Below, piece by piece: positions 13,221-29,200 of a DNA stretch of 64,000 nt. This DNA comes from Felis catus (Eukaryota), in the NCBI RefSeq assembly GCF_018350175.1, contig NC_058368.1, positions 139,440,001-139,504,000 of the forward strand. The letters run 5' to 3'. Within the stretch, counting starts at the first letter, position 1. Each line of letters begins with the position of its first letter. The notes under the pieces are model-generated. The model did no database searches and had not been told where the DNA came from. It worked only from the letters and a program-made list of their open reading frames with translations. Made by a program: the position numbers and the translations under genes.

Positions 13221-14244
13221 CTACAGGAAGACCGTTCATGTGAGCGTGCCCAGACAAAAGGTATATTATTGCAAATGTGTGCTGGCTTACAACTCTAAGC
13301 AACATCGGATATTTCTTTCAACAAGAGAGCTTGGGTTTATCTGTAACATCTTTGCCCAATAAAAAAATTAATGCAACTTACTGAATCATAATTTGTTGAT
13401 ATACATATCCTTTCTCTTACAAAAATAGAGAAAAAGGGGGAAAGGGAGGGGGCAGAGAGGGAGAGGGAAGGAGGGAAAGACTGAGGGAGGAAGGAAAGAT
13501 CAGAAATATAGATAGTTCAGGTGCTGGTGAAACGGATCTAGAGGTACACCGAGAATTAGGCGTCGGTTCTGTAGTAGTAACTACAAGTTTGACATGTTCC
13601 AGGAGATGGTTATGTCATCTTTCATCTGTAGCTGTGTTGTCGTTGCTCCTCCCCAGTGTCAGGGAGAAAGAAACCAGTCAATCCTTAATTGTTCCTACTC
13701 CTCAAGTTACCTCCTCATGATGCTCTCCCTGACCTCCTCATCCACTGCTGCTGCCTTTTTTTGGGTACATATTTTATCATAGTGCCCAATATATATTACA
13801 CTTATTTCTTATTAATCCGTCTCTTGGGCACTCTAAGGTTGTTGAGGGTGGGACTATGTCTTTCTTTTAAAATTAATTACATATGAATAGGAAATTAATG
13901 AATATAGTTCAAAATATAGAAGACTCAGAAAAGTATACAATGAAAAATAAGTTTCCTCCTCTATCCCTGAATTTCAGTCATCTAATTTTTTTAAGTACTA
14001 TAGTTTCTTCTGAATTTTTTGAGTTAATCTAGTCCAACATGTATATATGTATGTATACATACAAATATGTACAGATTTTCTTCTTACACAAGTGGCCATA
14101 GAATATATACATTCCTCTATATCTTGCCGCCCCTCCCCCAACAAAAGAGCTTAGAAATTGTACCATGTCAGTATAAAATGAACTTTCTCATTCTTTTTAG
14201 CAGCTGAGTAATAGTCTACTATTGAATGTACTATATGAATGTAC

Positions 14245-14860
14245 TGTATTTTATTTTATTTTTTAATTTTTTTTAATGTTTATTTTTGAGAGACAGGAGA
14301 GACAGAGAACGAGCAGGGGAGGAACAGAGAGAGGAAGACGCAGAATCCGAAGCAGGCTCCAGGCTCCGAGCTGTCAGCACAGAACCCTATGCGGGGCTTG
14401 AACCCACGGACCGCGAGATCATGCCCTGAGCCGAAGTCAGTTGCCCAACCGACTGAGCCACCCAGGCGCCCCTGTATTTTATTTAAGTACCCTATTGACA
14501 GATGTTTAAGTTGCTTCCAAGTTTTTACTACAGGTATATGTCTTAATCATCTTTATATTCCCAGTGCCTATCTCAGTGTCTGACAAACAGTAAATATTCA
14601 CTAAGTACTGTTTAATGCATGAAGAATATAGGGGCGCTTGGGTGGCTCAGTCGGTTGAGCATCTGACTTCGGCTCAGGTCATGATCTTGCGGTCTACGAG
14701 TTCGAGCCCCGCGTCGGGCTCTGTGCTGACAGCTCAGAGCCTGGAGCCTGCTTCAGATTCTGTGTCTCCCTCTCTCTCTGCCCCTCCCCAGCTCATGCTC
14801 TGTCTCTGTCTCTCTCTCTCTGTCAAAAATAAATAAACATTAAAAAAAATTAAACAAAAA
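14245..14860. mobile_element. Two Can-SINEs head-to-head (minus ~14245-14472, plus ~14630-14860)
   Basis: ggggcgc(c/t)tgggtggctcagtcgg heads on opposite strands ~160 bp apart. Confidence 0.9.
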
Positions 14861-15366
14861 AGAATATAATCAGGGAGGATGTCGGAAGTAGGCTTTAAGT
14901 AACACTACAAACACTAAATAGAGCCTAAATTTCCATGTTAGTATCTGGAATGACAGAAAGGACCTAAATTTGTGTAAATTATATATACCCCCAAATTAAA
15001 TATATATACATTTTTCCTTTTATAACAAAGCATTCTAGGAGTGAAAAACATAACACTACAAAGGGACAATATAAGCTAGATCCTCTAAAAATTATTAAGA
15101 CTCAGCAATTCTACTTTTCAAATTATTATGAGAATTTAATATTAGATAGGGAAATAGAAAGTAATAATAGATATAATTAAACCTGTAATTCATATACAAG
15201 CCAGGTAACAGTAGATAACAAATTTATGTCTGGATCTTCATGTTTTGTTCAGCAAAGAAAATACAGAGTACACAGCTTTCTTTTAGGAAAAGAAGTTTTC
15301 CAAGGGAGTTGCCAACAGGGCTGTGCTGTTTATCTCAAGATTCTGTGTCAAATAATAATCCACGCA

Positions 15367-16052
15367 GTGAGGATGCACAGAAAGATGATCTCTTTTGCAC
15401 TGCTGGTGAGAATGCAAACTGGTGCAACCACTCTGGAAACAATATGGAGGTTCCTCAAAAAATTAAAAACAGAACTAGGCTACGACCCAGCAATTGCACT
15501 ACTAGGTATCTATCCAAGGGATACAGGTGTGGTGTTCCAAAGGGGCACATACACCCCAGTGTTTACAGCAGCACTATCAACAATAGCCAAAGTATGGAAA
15601 GAGCCCAAATGTCCATCAACAGATGAATGGATAAAGAAGATTTGGTATATATGTATACAATGGAGTAGTACTCGGTCAAAAAGAATGAAATCTTGCCATT
15701 TGCAGCAACATGGATAGAACTAGACGGTTTTATGCTAAGTGAAATTAGAGAAAGACAAAGATCGTATCACTTCTCTCAGATGAGGACTTTAAGAGACAAA
15801 ACAGATGAACATAAGGGAAGGGAAACAAAAATAATATAAAAACAGGGAGGGGGACAAAACATGAGACTTATAGAGAACTGAGAGTTGATGGAGGGGTTGT
15901 GGGTGGGGGCATGGGCTAAATGGGTAAGGAGTATTAGGAAGACATTTGTCGGGATGAGCATTGGGTGTTATACATAGGAGACAAATTATGGGAATCTACT
16001 CCTGAAATCATTATTGTACTATATGCTAACTTGGATGTAAATTTAAAAAAAA
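15367..16052 (+). mobile_element. 5'-truncated felid L1 (ORF2 end, 3'UTR, A-tail)
   Basis: ORF 15226..15717 ends in L1 ORF2 C-terminal sequence (YDPAIALLGIYP...STIAKVWKEPKCPSTDEWIKKIWY). Confidence 0.9.
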
Positions 16053-16419
16053 AAGCGTTTCAACATTTACCATAAAAGAAAAGAAAAAACATCTAGTGTG
16101 AGAGTGACTTAGGAACAAGGAGCATGAGAAAGAGGACTGGGAGAAAGGAAAAGGCAGGGGCTAGAACCTCACTTTCCTAGAAATCCGAGTTGGTAATTCC
16201 CAGGGAATGGATACATTACTTTGAGAGTCTCTGATTTAGACAATGGATAGTTTGCTTCACCAAATATCCACACTTACTCTTTCCCTCTCTAGCCTTAATA
16301 TTATGAATTCTGCTTTACATATCCTCTAATTTGAAGCACTCTCTTCTCACCAAAAGGCAATAAATAAATGCCTTTTCCTGAGTATTTCTCCCATACTTTA
16401 AACCTGCATTTAGGTTCTT

Positions 16420-17395
<976 letters not shown>

Positions 17396-19189
17396 GTTAA
17401 CTGAAACAAGCAGAGCAATTTCAGGAAGTGGCTGGCATCACAATCCTCCTTATTTGGCTGGTCAAACAATAGACTCCTTAACGAAATACAGGTAGACCTC
17501 TGCTTAAAGTTTGCTTACGGATTTTCACCTCAAAGCATATTATTGAATCAAGTGCTTTCTTCCCTCTAAAATCAGCTGACTTCCTTGTGTAAGAAGCAAG
17601 TATGACAGAGAGTAAAATTCTTTTAAGTTTCTATTTAAATTTCAGTTAGTTAACATACACGTAATAGTAATTTTAGGTGTACAATAAAGTGATTCAGTAC
17701 TTGCATACATCACCTGGTGCTAATCACAAGTGCACTCCTTAATCCCCAACACCTATTTAACCCACCCCCACCTCCCCTCTGGTAACCATCAGTTTGTTCT
17801 CTACAGTTAAGAATCTGTATCTTGGTTTGTCTCTCTTTTTCCCCCCTTTGGTCATCTGTTTTGTTTCTTAAATTCCACATATGAGTGAAATCATATGGTA
17901 TTTATCTTTCCCTGACTGACTTATTTCACTTAGCATAATATTTAGAGAATAAAATATTTTCAAGTACTTGAAAAGACAGTATTTTGACTATACAGAACTA
18001 ATGAAACCTGCACAAAACAGAAAAAACTACAAAAAAACCCTTCATTAGTAGTTTCATTGTTGATAATAACATTGTTAACATGGATAATAATATTGTTGGT
18101 AGTAATAAGTATATTATACAATAAAGAAATAAGTAATTTTTAAGAAACAAATGTTGAGCCTAAGAGAAAAAGAGACATAAGTATAAAATTAGTTAAATGT
18201 AAATGTGTAATATTAAGTTTGAAATAGTAGTATCAGTATGGGGTGCCTGGGTGGCTCAGTCAGTTGAGCGTCCGACTTTGGCTCAGGTCATGATCTCATG
18301 GTCTGTGAGTTCGAGCCCCGCGTCGGGCTCTGTGCTGACAGCTCAGATTCTGGAGCCTGCTTCAGATTCTGTGTCTCCCTCTCTCTCTCTGCACCTCCCC
18401 CCACTCACACTCTGTCTCTGTCTCTCAAAAATGAATAAATGTTAAAAAAAAAAAAAGAAATATCAGTATGAACTAATAATTTTTCTTTCTAAAAATATGT
18501 ATTTTACTGAAAATGCCTAAAAGCAATGATATCCCATAGCAATGAGCACACCTAGTGCCTAGATTGTGATTTCTAAATAGACTATCCACTCACTTACAGA
18601 CAATATAAGAAGAAACAAGCTATACAACACCACAAAAATAAAATTAGCCAAATCCAGAATTTAGGAAATTCTTTAAGACAAAAGCCAAGATTCTAGAACC
18701 CCTAAGAAAACACAAAATAGAGGAAGAACTGTTATAGGTTAAAACACACTTAAGACACAAAACAAACACATGTAGTATGTGGACCTTGATGGATCCTGAT
18801 TCAAACAAAAACTTACTATAAAAACGCATTTTTTAGATAAACTGGGAAATTTTAATATGGACTGGATATTAAATAGTAAAAGAAACTATATTAGGTAGGA
18901 TGATGTTGTGGGTGTAAGAAAAGTTCTTATCTGTCAGAAATGCAGGCTCAAGTATTTATGAGTATAATGGTATAATACCTGTGATTTCTTTTAAAATATT
19001 TCCAGTATCAACAACACACAAGTCGTGTTCCAGCCTGTTGAGGGAGTTTGGCTCTTTATAGTGTAACAGAATATACAATCAAACTTTAGAAGAGATTTCA
19101 CTACAGATACATGTGGAATGAATAATCACCATGTTTAAGGGATGTTTTTCTCAATACATGTGAACCTAAGTAACACTGTCAGCCAATCT

Positions 19190-19450
19190 CCAAGTCAACA
19201 TCTCATATACTCATACACCATACAACACTTCATCAAATAAAAGCTTTGTTAAAATCATGATAGCTTACACCAACTTGTCATGCCATTTCCTTCACCTATT
19301 AACAAAGTAAACCTAATAAAAGAGAAGTCAAGGTTAGCCTGACATGACTTGTTCTTAGGGATGCCTACAGATTCTCAAAGATCACTGCATTCTTATCTAA
19401 ATGTCTCCTATGTGTCTAATAATTTGTTCCAGATTTTTCTAAGGAATCAC
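19190..19450 (-). mobile_element. CR1/L3 LINE reverse-transcriptase fossil
   Basis: Minus-strand remnants NLEQII, PKNKSCQANL and DFNKAF, typical of CR1 RT. Confidence 0.6.
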
Positions 19451-22415
19451 AATGAGCCAATCATTTGTAATTCTCAAATCCCACCTTTACCATATTGGAA
19501 AATGTAATTATGTTGACATATAATTTACATGCCATACAATTCACCCATTTAAAAAGTACAATTCAATGGTTTTTAGTATATTAAGAGAGTTGTATAACTA
19601 TAACCCACCATCTAATTTTAGAATATTTTAATTTCTCCTAAAAGAAACCCTTTAACAATGAACTGTTACACCCCATTCCCCACCTTCCTTTATTTTTTTT
19701 TGTTTTTATTTATTTTTGAGAGAGAGAAGAGAGAAAGCAAGCACAAGTTGGGGAGGGGCAGAGAGAGAGGGAGACAGAGAATCCAAAGCAGGCTTCAGGG
19801 TCTGAGCTGTCATCACAGAGCCAAACACGGGGCTTGAACCCACGAACCATGAGATCATGACCTGAACTGAAGTCGGACGCTTAACTGACTGAGCCACCCA
19901 GGCAAGTCCCCCCACCTTCCATTCCTAATCTTTTCTGTCTCTAAAAGTTTGGACTACTGCAAATATTTCAAACAAATGAAATCATACAAGGTATTTTTAA
20001 TGGCTTTTTAGCTTTTAAAAAATAGGTTATTATCTTTTAGGATCTCCCACCTTTTAGTATAAAAGTTAATTCCTGTAAGATAATACATTCAAGTTCCTTC
20101 AACTCTGGAATATTTAAGAAACTCACACTCTCCAGGTGCCTGATCCAGTATCAGGTTCCCAGGACTTCCTTGGTTTGACATTTTTAGTCCTATAACAAGT
20201 AATGCATGGGAGCAATACCCAGAGTCTAGACCATTTCTCTGATCATCTTTGCCTTACATATGAGATTCCCCAAGGTTAGCCTAGATCCTCATCTGATGCT
20301 CAAGCTATCCCTACTCCATCCTCCAAAACAACATCCTACCCTACTTTGATTTTTAAGGCTTTGGTTCTTAAGTCAGTCCAGAACTGACCTGGAATTTTGG
20401 AAATCTCTCTTGGACCGGGTGAAGTAACTTTCTGGCTCCCCCCAGCTAAACAGAACGGGAAGGGACAAAGAAGACCGTGACTTCATCCCACCCCACCAGG
20501 TTTCAGCTTTTAATTCTTATGACTGTTCTCTGGACTTCAACTTCCATCTTGCCATTCTCTTTTCTCCCGCCATCAGTCAGGATACGCCATGGTGCCAAAA
20601 GCACATCAGTTATAGGAACACAAAGGTTGGCATGAGGGAGTGAGATAGGAGCGAGGTAACTAGATTCTGGAGTCAAAAGTGTGTGTCCTTGGTCCCTTTT
20701 ACTTCACTGAGGGAGTAAGAGAAGGCTACATGTCTGCAAAGGCGAGACAGAAGATAGCCAGTTATAGCCTGTGAGGCAGAAACTGACTAAAGCCGAGTTA
20801 CCAGATGGGACAAAGGAAGAACTGAGAAAGAAAGGAGGAAAAAGTGAAGTGGTCAGGGCTCACATTGCCCAAAGGGGGAAAAAACTTTTGACTAGGGTTA
20901 AGTCAGCCCTGAATAGTTGGGAAAGCAGATGGGCCAAAAGGAGAGGGAAGAACTGCTTTGGCATGAGGTTTCTCTGCTGGAGGCCAGCTTTGAAGAGGGA
21001 GTAAAGGACAGAGAGGACTCACACCACCACCTGTCCAAGCCTGCATTCTTTTGGCCATTCAATTAGGTCCCAGGCAGAATTCCCCTCCCCACCCAGCTTT
21101 CTCTACAATGTGGAGGGTGACCACCTACTAATAAGTGATATAGTATCAAAAGAAGGCAAAAGAACCTAAACTTTCCTGAAGTACTGTTTCACATTAGGAA
21201 GGGTTATGCTGTGTCCATGCCCATGGCTCCCAGAAGCCTTCCCCAGATCTATTTGTTAGACATTTCTTCTTGGAAGCAAGTGTATCATAACTTCCCGAGC
21301 TCAGCTGATTAGCTCCCTTTTCTACCCTAGGAGTTTGAACCCAGAGGCAACTTCCAATACATGAGATAAAAAAACATTAATATTTTCAGCAAGTATCTCA
21401 ATCCAGTAATGTGGTGCCTGAACCAGAAAATGTCTGGCAAGCTCAGAATGTAAGTTTATTTCTGAAATAAACTGCACGTGCTGAAACTGATCATCTTAAT
21501 ATTATCATTATAGTAGCTACCAATTTGTATGGAACTATAGTATTTTGATATTTTAAACAGTAGTACATCTATGCTAGTATGTACTAGTTAATCATTAAAT
21601 CTAAGAGATTCCTATCTTATATGGACTCTGAAAGTAACACTAGTGTCCAAAAAGGTGTATGCCTCCTATCGGGACTGGACATCACTGTTTAACACTCTGT
21701 AAGCAGAAAACGTTCTGCTAAAACCTATAGAGCACCATACTGAAATAGTCTAAAGAAGTATATAAGTTTAAAAAATACTATGTGAGGGCACCTGGGTGGC
21801 TCAGTTGGTTAAACACTGGACTCTAGATTTTACTCAGGTCACGATCTTGCAGTTCGTGAGTTTAAGTCCCTCATCAGGCTCCATACTGACAGTATGGAAT
21901 CTGCTTGGGATTCTCTCTTCTCTTCTCTGTCCCTTCCCCACTCTCTCAAAAATAAATAAACTTAAAAAATAAAAATAAAAAATACTATGTGTACCCACGG
22001 GGCGTCTAGCTGGCTCAGCTGGCTTAGAGTCTGACTTCAGCTCAGGTTGTGATCTCATGGTTTGAGTTTGAGCCCCATATTGGGCTTGCTGCTGTCAGTG
22101 CAGAGCCCACTTCAGATCCTCTGTTACCCCCTCTCTCTGACCCTCCCCCACTTGTGTTCTCTCTCAAACATAAAGAAACATTAAAAAAAAAATACTATGT
22201 GTAACCAAACACTACCTGTAGTTATTAAAAGTAACACATAAAATAGCATCTACCATATTAGACACAATAAGTCTATCACAAAGTAAAACTTTATTCCACA
22301 TTCTGAGTACCCATTAGAAGAATAAACTATAACTGAATCCCTATTGCTAGCTTCCGGAGATTTTTAGTATCTGTAGAATGTAGTATTTGATTTGCAAACA
22401 AAAGCATCACAGTAC

Positions 22416-22558
22416 CTGATAACGTCCATTTATGACAGCATCATGTAGGGGAGTGATCTGGTACATTCCTTTGATATTTACATCGGCTCCACCTTTTAAT
22501 AGTTCACTTGCTGTCTGATAAAATCCTCCTACACTAGCTTCATGAAGTGCTGTCCAAC
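22416..22558 (-). CDS. ANKRD31: ANKRD31 exon (~exon 11), ankyrin repeats, 143 nt (absent from ORF track)
   Basis: aaatAG|gt tgg aca...tat cag|GTactg; (G)WTALHEASVGGFYQTASELLKGGADVNIKGMYQITPLHDAVINGRYQ. Confidence 0.95.
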
Positions 22559-23257
22559 CTATTTTACAAAAAGGAAATGGTATTTGTTTATGTTTGGCAT
22601 CTTAATGTTTTGTGCTTGCCCTTATAAACTATATAAACTCTAAGTTGTTTCTTTAAAAATATTTCGATTAGATGAGACAAGATAATCCCACCATGAAAAT
22701 AAACTATTATTAGGTGGATTCAATAAATCTGAAGGCCAAATAAAATTCCTACCCCCAACTCAATTGTGAAAATATGAAAAATATGCAAAAAATAAAATAT
22801 TTGAAACTATTCTTGTCCAGCTCAAATAAAAACGCTGTAAGGGAGTCATTGTTAGCTTAAAGAAATGCTAATTATAGGCTACTTTTTTGCAAAGAGGGAG
22901 AAAAAACTTTATTTCTAGCTCAAGGTACTTCCATTAAAGTAACCCAGCTGTCAGGAATGCACAGAGGTCACTTCAAAAATATGGGCTCATTTTTAAAAAG
23001 CTCATTTGTAAAAAGCTATTTACAGTAGTTCTAACACACACTATTGTAATAAAACCAGGCATACAAGTAAGTATCTTATGTATCCTTAAGTATGACTTAT
23101 GTATCCTCATTAGCCAGAGACAATGGTACGTTATATTTATTCAATTCCAATAAATCATATGATTGATGTAAGAAAACCTAAAAGGTGCATGTTAAAAGTG
23201 TATTAAAAAGGGGGGGGGGTAATATTTCATTTACTCTTTCCAGAACCTTCTCCATAA

Positions 23258-23436
23258 GCTAGGGTTTCTCTATCTCAGCACCAACATTTTGGGCCGGACA
23301 ATTCTTTGTTGTTCTGAGCATTCTATTAGATACCAGTAGCACCACTCCCCCATTCCAGTTGTAACAACCAAAAATGTTTCCACAAACTGCCAATGTGCCC
23401 TAAAAGCCAGTATCACCCCAGTTAAGATCTATTGTC
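23258..23436 (+). mobile_element. MER20-like hAT MITE
   Basis: cattttgggccggacaattctttgttgt...gataccagtagcacc...acaaccaaaaatgtttcca. Confidence 0.7.
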
Positions 23437-23439
23437 ATA

Positions 23440-25300
23440 AGATGTTATAGAAAGAGTTTCTCCTATAGTATTAAATAGAAAGCTTTGAGGAAGAAATGAA
23501 GAGCAACAAAAAAGGTAAATATATAGTTAATAGAGGAGTTTTTTCCTATAAATTTCCTTAAAATGCATGTGACCATTTAAATTGAAAATCATAACATTAT
23601 ATTTTAGTGTTATTAATTTATATAGCTGTTATATGGCATAAAAGATAAGGGAGATGTGTTCAACATTCTGACATTTTATAGAAATATTAACATACTAACC
23701 CTGAAAAGAAAGAAACATTAAAGATGTACATTGCAATCCCCGGGGTAATCACTACAAAAAAAAAAAATGCAAAGACACAGAAAGGAAAAAAAGGATAACA
23801 TACACGAGGAACAATTAGTAAAATCACAATCCTCACTCAATCCTACCTTTTATATTAAATTAAAATTGGCTAATTGCCCCAATTAAAAGGCAGAGATAGT
23901 CAGAATTTATCTATTTCTTTTTTTTCAACATTTATTTATTTTTGGGACAGAGAGAGACAGAGCATGAACGGGGGAGGGGCAGAGAGAGAGGGAGACACAG
24001 AATCGGAAACAGGCTCCAGGCTCCGAGCCATCAGCCCAGAGCCTGACGTGGGGCTCGAACTCACGGACCGCGAGATCGTGACCTGGCTGAAGTCGGGCGC
24101 TCAACCGACTGCACCACCCAGGCGCCCCTCTATTTCTTTTTTATCTAAAAGCTATCTATAAGAAATATGTATGTATGCTATCTATAAGAAATAAATTTTA
24201 AATATAAAGAGGTTGAAAATAAAAGGATGGAAAAAGAGCAAATAGACAAGAAACATAAGATACAGCTAGGATGTCTATATTAATATCATATACAGTAGCT
24301 TCAAGACAAAATGTATTACTAGAGACAAAGAGAAATATTTCAAAATAATTAAAAGGTCAATTTATCAGAAGACATGACAATTTACAACTGTGTATGTACC
24401 TGATAACAAAGCTTCAAAATACAGGAAGCAAAAATGGACAGAATGAAAGGGAGAAACAGACAACTCCACAATCATAGTTGTTAATATTTCAATATTCTTC
24501 TCATGAAATGACAGATAAACTAGACAAAAAAATCCATAAAGAAAGACATGATCTGAACATTATTAATCATCTGCATCTAAGCAACAGTTAGAGAACATTA
24601 TATAAAACTGAGGAATAAACATTCAAATACACAAGGGATATTAACCAAGAAAGACTATATACTAGGAAATTGACCGATTCTCAATACTTGTAAGAGGATA
24701 AAATTCACAGAAAGTATATCCTTTGACCAAAAGTAATTAAATTAGAAACCAATATCAGAAAGATACCTGGACATTCTTCAAATACTTAAAAATTTAACGA
24801 CTTCTTGGCACAAAACCAGACACATAGACCAATGGAACAGAATACAGAACCCAAAAATAGGCCCACAAATGTATGGCCAGCTAATCTTTGACAAAGCAGA
24901 AAAGAGTATCCAATGGAAAAGTCTCTTCAGCAAAAGGTGTTGGGAAAACTGTACAGTGACATGCAGAAGAATGCCACTTTCTTACCCCATACACAAAAAT
25001 AAACTCAAAAAGGAGAGATATCAAAATCCTAGAGGAGAAAAAAGGCAACAACCTCTTTTACCTTGGCTGCAACAACCTCTTGATAGAGGTTTGGGTTACA
25101 CAGGTGAATATATATGTCAAAATTCATCAAATAGCACATTTAAGATCTGCATGTCACCATATGAAAATTTTACCTCTAAAAAAATTGAACTCTAGTTAGA
25201 GATATTATTTCTCAGGTGTTTAGTGGTAAAATGTACTAACTTTCTTTGAACTGTGTCAACATAAAGATGGATTGATGGACAGAGATTTATAGACGTAAAG
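23440..25300 (+). mobile_element. Old L1M fragments (endonuclease region) plus a younger L1 ORF2 piece (~24805-25080)
   Basis: gcttcaaaatacaggaagcaaaaatggacagaatgaaagggagaaacagacaactccacaatcatagttg; MYGQLIFDKAEKSIQWK. Confidence 0.7.
23915..24127 (-). mobile_element. Young Can-SINE
   Basis: Near-identical to the copy at 94-321; TSD tctatttcttttt. Confidence 0.92.
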
Positions 25301-25303
25301 GTA

Positions 25304-26210
25304 TGATGGATAGGCAGGGGCTCTGCCCCCTGGTTCCTGGCACAGAATGTCTAAACCCTTTTAAACACGGGTGCTAGGAGAATCATTTGTTCTAATATTT
25401 GGTCTCTCACCCCAGTTACTCATACAGAATCCCCAAGACCTTTACAATTTCCCAAGTGATAAAAAATGTCTGACACAAAGCTCCTAAGTCCCTTATTCCC
25501 TGGGTGATAAAAATATCTTTTGTTCTAGTGAGGCAACTTTTGGTGGGCTCCCAGGTTGGGGCTGGTCATAAGAAAGACTAAACCATGATCAGAAACTTGG
25601 AACTTTCAGTTTCATGTCCTCCCAACCCCCACCCTGCCTTCATGATGAAGAATCCATGAAAACCCCAAAACTCTGGGGTTCAGAGAACTTTTCCACACTG
25701 GTGAACACAACTACGTGCTAGGAAGGTAACACTCCAATTCCACACGGACAGAAGCTCCTGTGCTCAGGACTCTTCCAGACCTCACTCTATGTATCTTCAT
25801 CTGGCTGTTAGTCTGTATCTGTATCCTTTGTCATATCCTTTATCATAATAATAAGTAAACTTACATGGTAAACATACGTAAGTGTTTCCCTGAGTTCTGT
25901 GAGCTACTTTAGGAAATGACTGAATCTGAGGAGGGGACTGTGGGAACCTCCAATTTGTAGCCAAGCTGAACAGAAATTGTGGGCAACCTGGGGACCTACT
26001 ACTTGTGACTGGCATCTGAAGTGGGGGTTTCTGACTGAGCCCTTAACCTGTGGGGTCTGTGCTAATATGGGTTAGTGTCAAAAATGAATTAAATTGCAGG
26101 ACACTCAGCTGGTGTTGGAGAATTGCTTGATGTGTCCAAAACCCACATATGCGATATCACAAGTGTTAGGAATAAAAGTAGAAGAGAAACACACAAGTGT
26201 TCTTCCTTTA
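25304..26210 (+). mobile_element. MER21-like solo LTR
   Basis: tcttcatctggctgtt...tatcctttatcataataataagtaaac...gtgtttccctgagttctgtgagc, characteristic of MER21 by recall. Confidence 0.7.
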
Positions 26211-29200
26211 TAGTAAGTATGTGATGAAAATAAATATGTAGAATATGGGTATTAGGTATACAGATGCTTACTGTAGATTTTTTTTAACTTTTCTGTATGT
26301 TTGCAATTTTTCATAATGTCATAAAAATTTCAAATAAACAGCTCACTTGTGAACTTTTGAAACATAAGCACTTAAGGACTACCTATTTTTAAAAACGTAA
26401 CATAAAAATTAGGTCCCTCCAAGTACTTTTTCTGATAAAAAGTGTGAACTTGTTTAGATTTCGGGACCTGTGGAAATTTGCTTATCAACGCATATACTGA
26501 TTAACCTGATTATCTGCCACCAGTCTAGGATGAAAAATGAAACGTGAGAAATCCAAAAGTTATTAAAGAAGATGATAATTTTCCTTCTAGAAAACTTCCT
26601 TTCCTTATTTAGGTTTTGATTAAACTATAATAAAAGTTAGTTTCCTAAAGGGGCAAAAATGACTGCTTTAGGAATGAGAAACCCATAACAAAAGATTAGT
26701 TTGTTTTCCCTGAGCCAGAATGATGAAAAACATAAGGTAAATGTACAGTGAAAAGCTAGTCTCCTGTTTTAAATTTATTGCAGAAAATTCCCAAAGAAGA
26801 GAATTACTGCATGTCAGTAATTCAGAGTTAACGGTGGGGCCTCAAGGAAGGAGTGAAAAACGAATGCTACTCTGGAGACCTAAACAAGAATGAACCAGTG
26901 ATGAATAGTACCAGTCTTAAGGATGAAAGAAATTCCCAGCATCCACAAAGCCAGATGGACCTTTATTTTGCAGACAGAGCCATGGTAGACCAGATATAGC
27001 TACACATCTGACAGAAAAAAATCAAACGGGGGTGCCTGGGTGGTTCTGTCCATTAAGTGTCCGACTTCAGCTCAGGTCATGATCTCGCAGTTCACTGGTT
27101 CAAGCCCCGCGTTGGGCTCTGTGCTGACAGCTCAGAGCCTGGAGCCTGCTTCACATTCTGTGTCTCTCTCGCTCTCTACCCCTCCCGCACTCAACACTCT
27201 GTCTCTCTCTCAAAAATAAACATTAAAAATTAAAAGGAAAGAAATCAAATGTACAAAGAATTTCCCTTCCCTTAGGGATTACTCCTTCTGTGTTATAAAA
27301 ACACTCCTTCAAAATAAAGATGGATCACACTTTACAACAGATCTTTTATCTCCCAGATCTACCAGTGGAAGATCCTTTTCTTTTTAAGTTTATTTATTTA
27401 TTTTTGAGAGCGTGCGAAAGCATGAGTGGGGGGAGGGGCAGAGAGAGAGAGGGAGAGAGAATTCCAAGCAGGCTCCACACTGTCAGCACAGAGCCTGATG
27501 CAATGCCTGAAATCATAAACGTTAAGATCATGACCTGAGACAAAAAATCAAGATGCTTAACTGAATGAGCCATCCAAGCACCCCTACAGGTTAGAAGATC
27601 CCTGAACATTTTTTTTTTCTTTTTAAAAATTTAATCATCTTGAAGGAAATATCTTTAAAGCTTTATAGGATTATAAATTTCCCAGAAAGAAAAGAAAGAA
27701 AGAAAGAAAATATAACCTAACACATTTTTAATAAAGATTCAAGATCCTAACAATCATAATATTAGTTACATGCTCTAATGTAGCAATTGTTAACACCCAC
27801 GGAGGTCTAAGTGCATGCTTTACTACATTATACAGTCCTCAACAATGTGTCCTCCCATTTATAATTTTTTTGTCTCTTGCCTTGTTGTTAAACTTCTTAC
27901 TATTATCAACATCCTGGTCTGTGCCAATCTTTGCTTTCATTTCTACTGTGCCATAAACTTAGGAATCAGATAGAATTCTGTGTAAAATAATGCTAAGAGC
28001 ATTGGTGTGAGATGGTTTTAGCGAAGAAGCTTTATGAAATCTGTTTTGGGTATTCAGACTTCAGCCTATTTCCTGGTCGTCACCTTTGTTTTTGATAAAT
28101 GAAGAATTACTGCAATTGGTTTTTTAAATCAAAGAAAAAGATAACATAAAATGTAAACAAGGATTTAAAATGCAAATGTCAACCTATGACAAGACTATTG
28201 GTCTGTTATTGTAACATTTTATTAATTTCTCAAAAGGCACTTACCTTTTTTTTGGATTGTATCACAGAATATATTTAAATTTTTCTAGTAAACGTGTCTT
28301 TCTGTTTTCACAGCACATGGCACATAGGAGACATACTATAAAAGCTCACTACAATGAACTGGTTTATTACATAGAGGTGTACACCTCTTGCCAGTAGTTG
28401 CCAGTAGTTCTTGAACTTTAGTGAGAATAAAAATCATTGGGGGAACATGCTAAAATACAGATTTCAAGGTTTTAACCTACATATTTTGACTGTGAGACTG
28501 GGTGTGAATATGTGTGTTTGGGGGGGTGAAATAAAGGCTACATTTTAAACAAACACTGCAGGTGACTCTGATGAAACAAATAGTTACAAAGTCTTTAAAA
28601 ATGCTGCCCTCTAGGGGTGCCTGCGTGGCTCAGTTGGTTGAACTTCCAACTTCAGCTCAGGTCGTCATCTCATGCATGGTTCCTGAGTTCGAGCCCTACA
28701 TCGGGCTCTGTGCTGACAGCTTAGAGCCTGGAACCTGCTTTCGATTCTGGGTCTCCCTCTCTCTCTGCCCCTCTCCTGCTTGTGCTCTAAAATAAATAAA
28801 CATTAAGAAAAAAACCAACACTGCCCTCTGCAATTTTATGGGATGTAATAGCCAGAAATAAAGGTAAGAGCTAAGATGAAGAGTGAGAAGGAAAAGTAGA
28901 CAACAAGAGAGACTTCAAAAAGTCAGAAAAGTATGTTAAGGATAAAGAATTCATGAAGGTCACAGAAGTACCTGGGGCAGTGAGGAGAAAGTGCACAATA
29001 AATGGCCAAAGACAAGGAGGGAAGAGACAGCAAGGATGTTAATGGCGCAGACAAGGGCTAATGAAAAGAAACATGTTAAGAGATTTTTGGGAAATCCATA
29101 AAGTAAAGTTAGCTGCATGCAGAGCTACTCCTGAATTTAAGGAGCAGATAGAGATTAACAAAAACTACCAGACATTTTTTGTGCACTGTGTCATAAAGTC

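Noticed and set aside
13520..13660. Short CpG-retaining unique segment near exon ~12
   Set aside because: No splice sites, sustained ORF or family motif that I can support.
20400..21400. GC-richer block that could be an old LTR or enhancer
   Set aside because: I could not define termini or a family with confidence.
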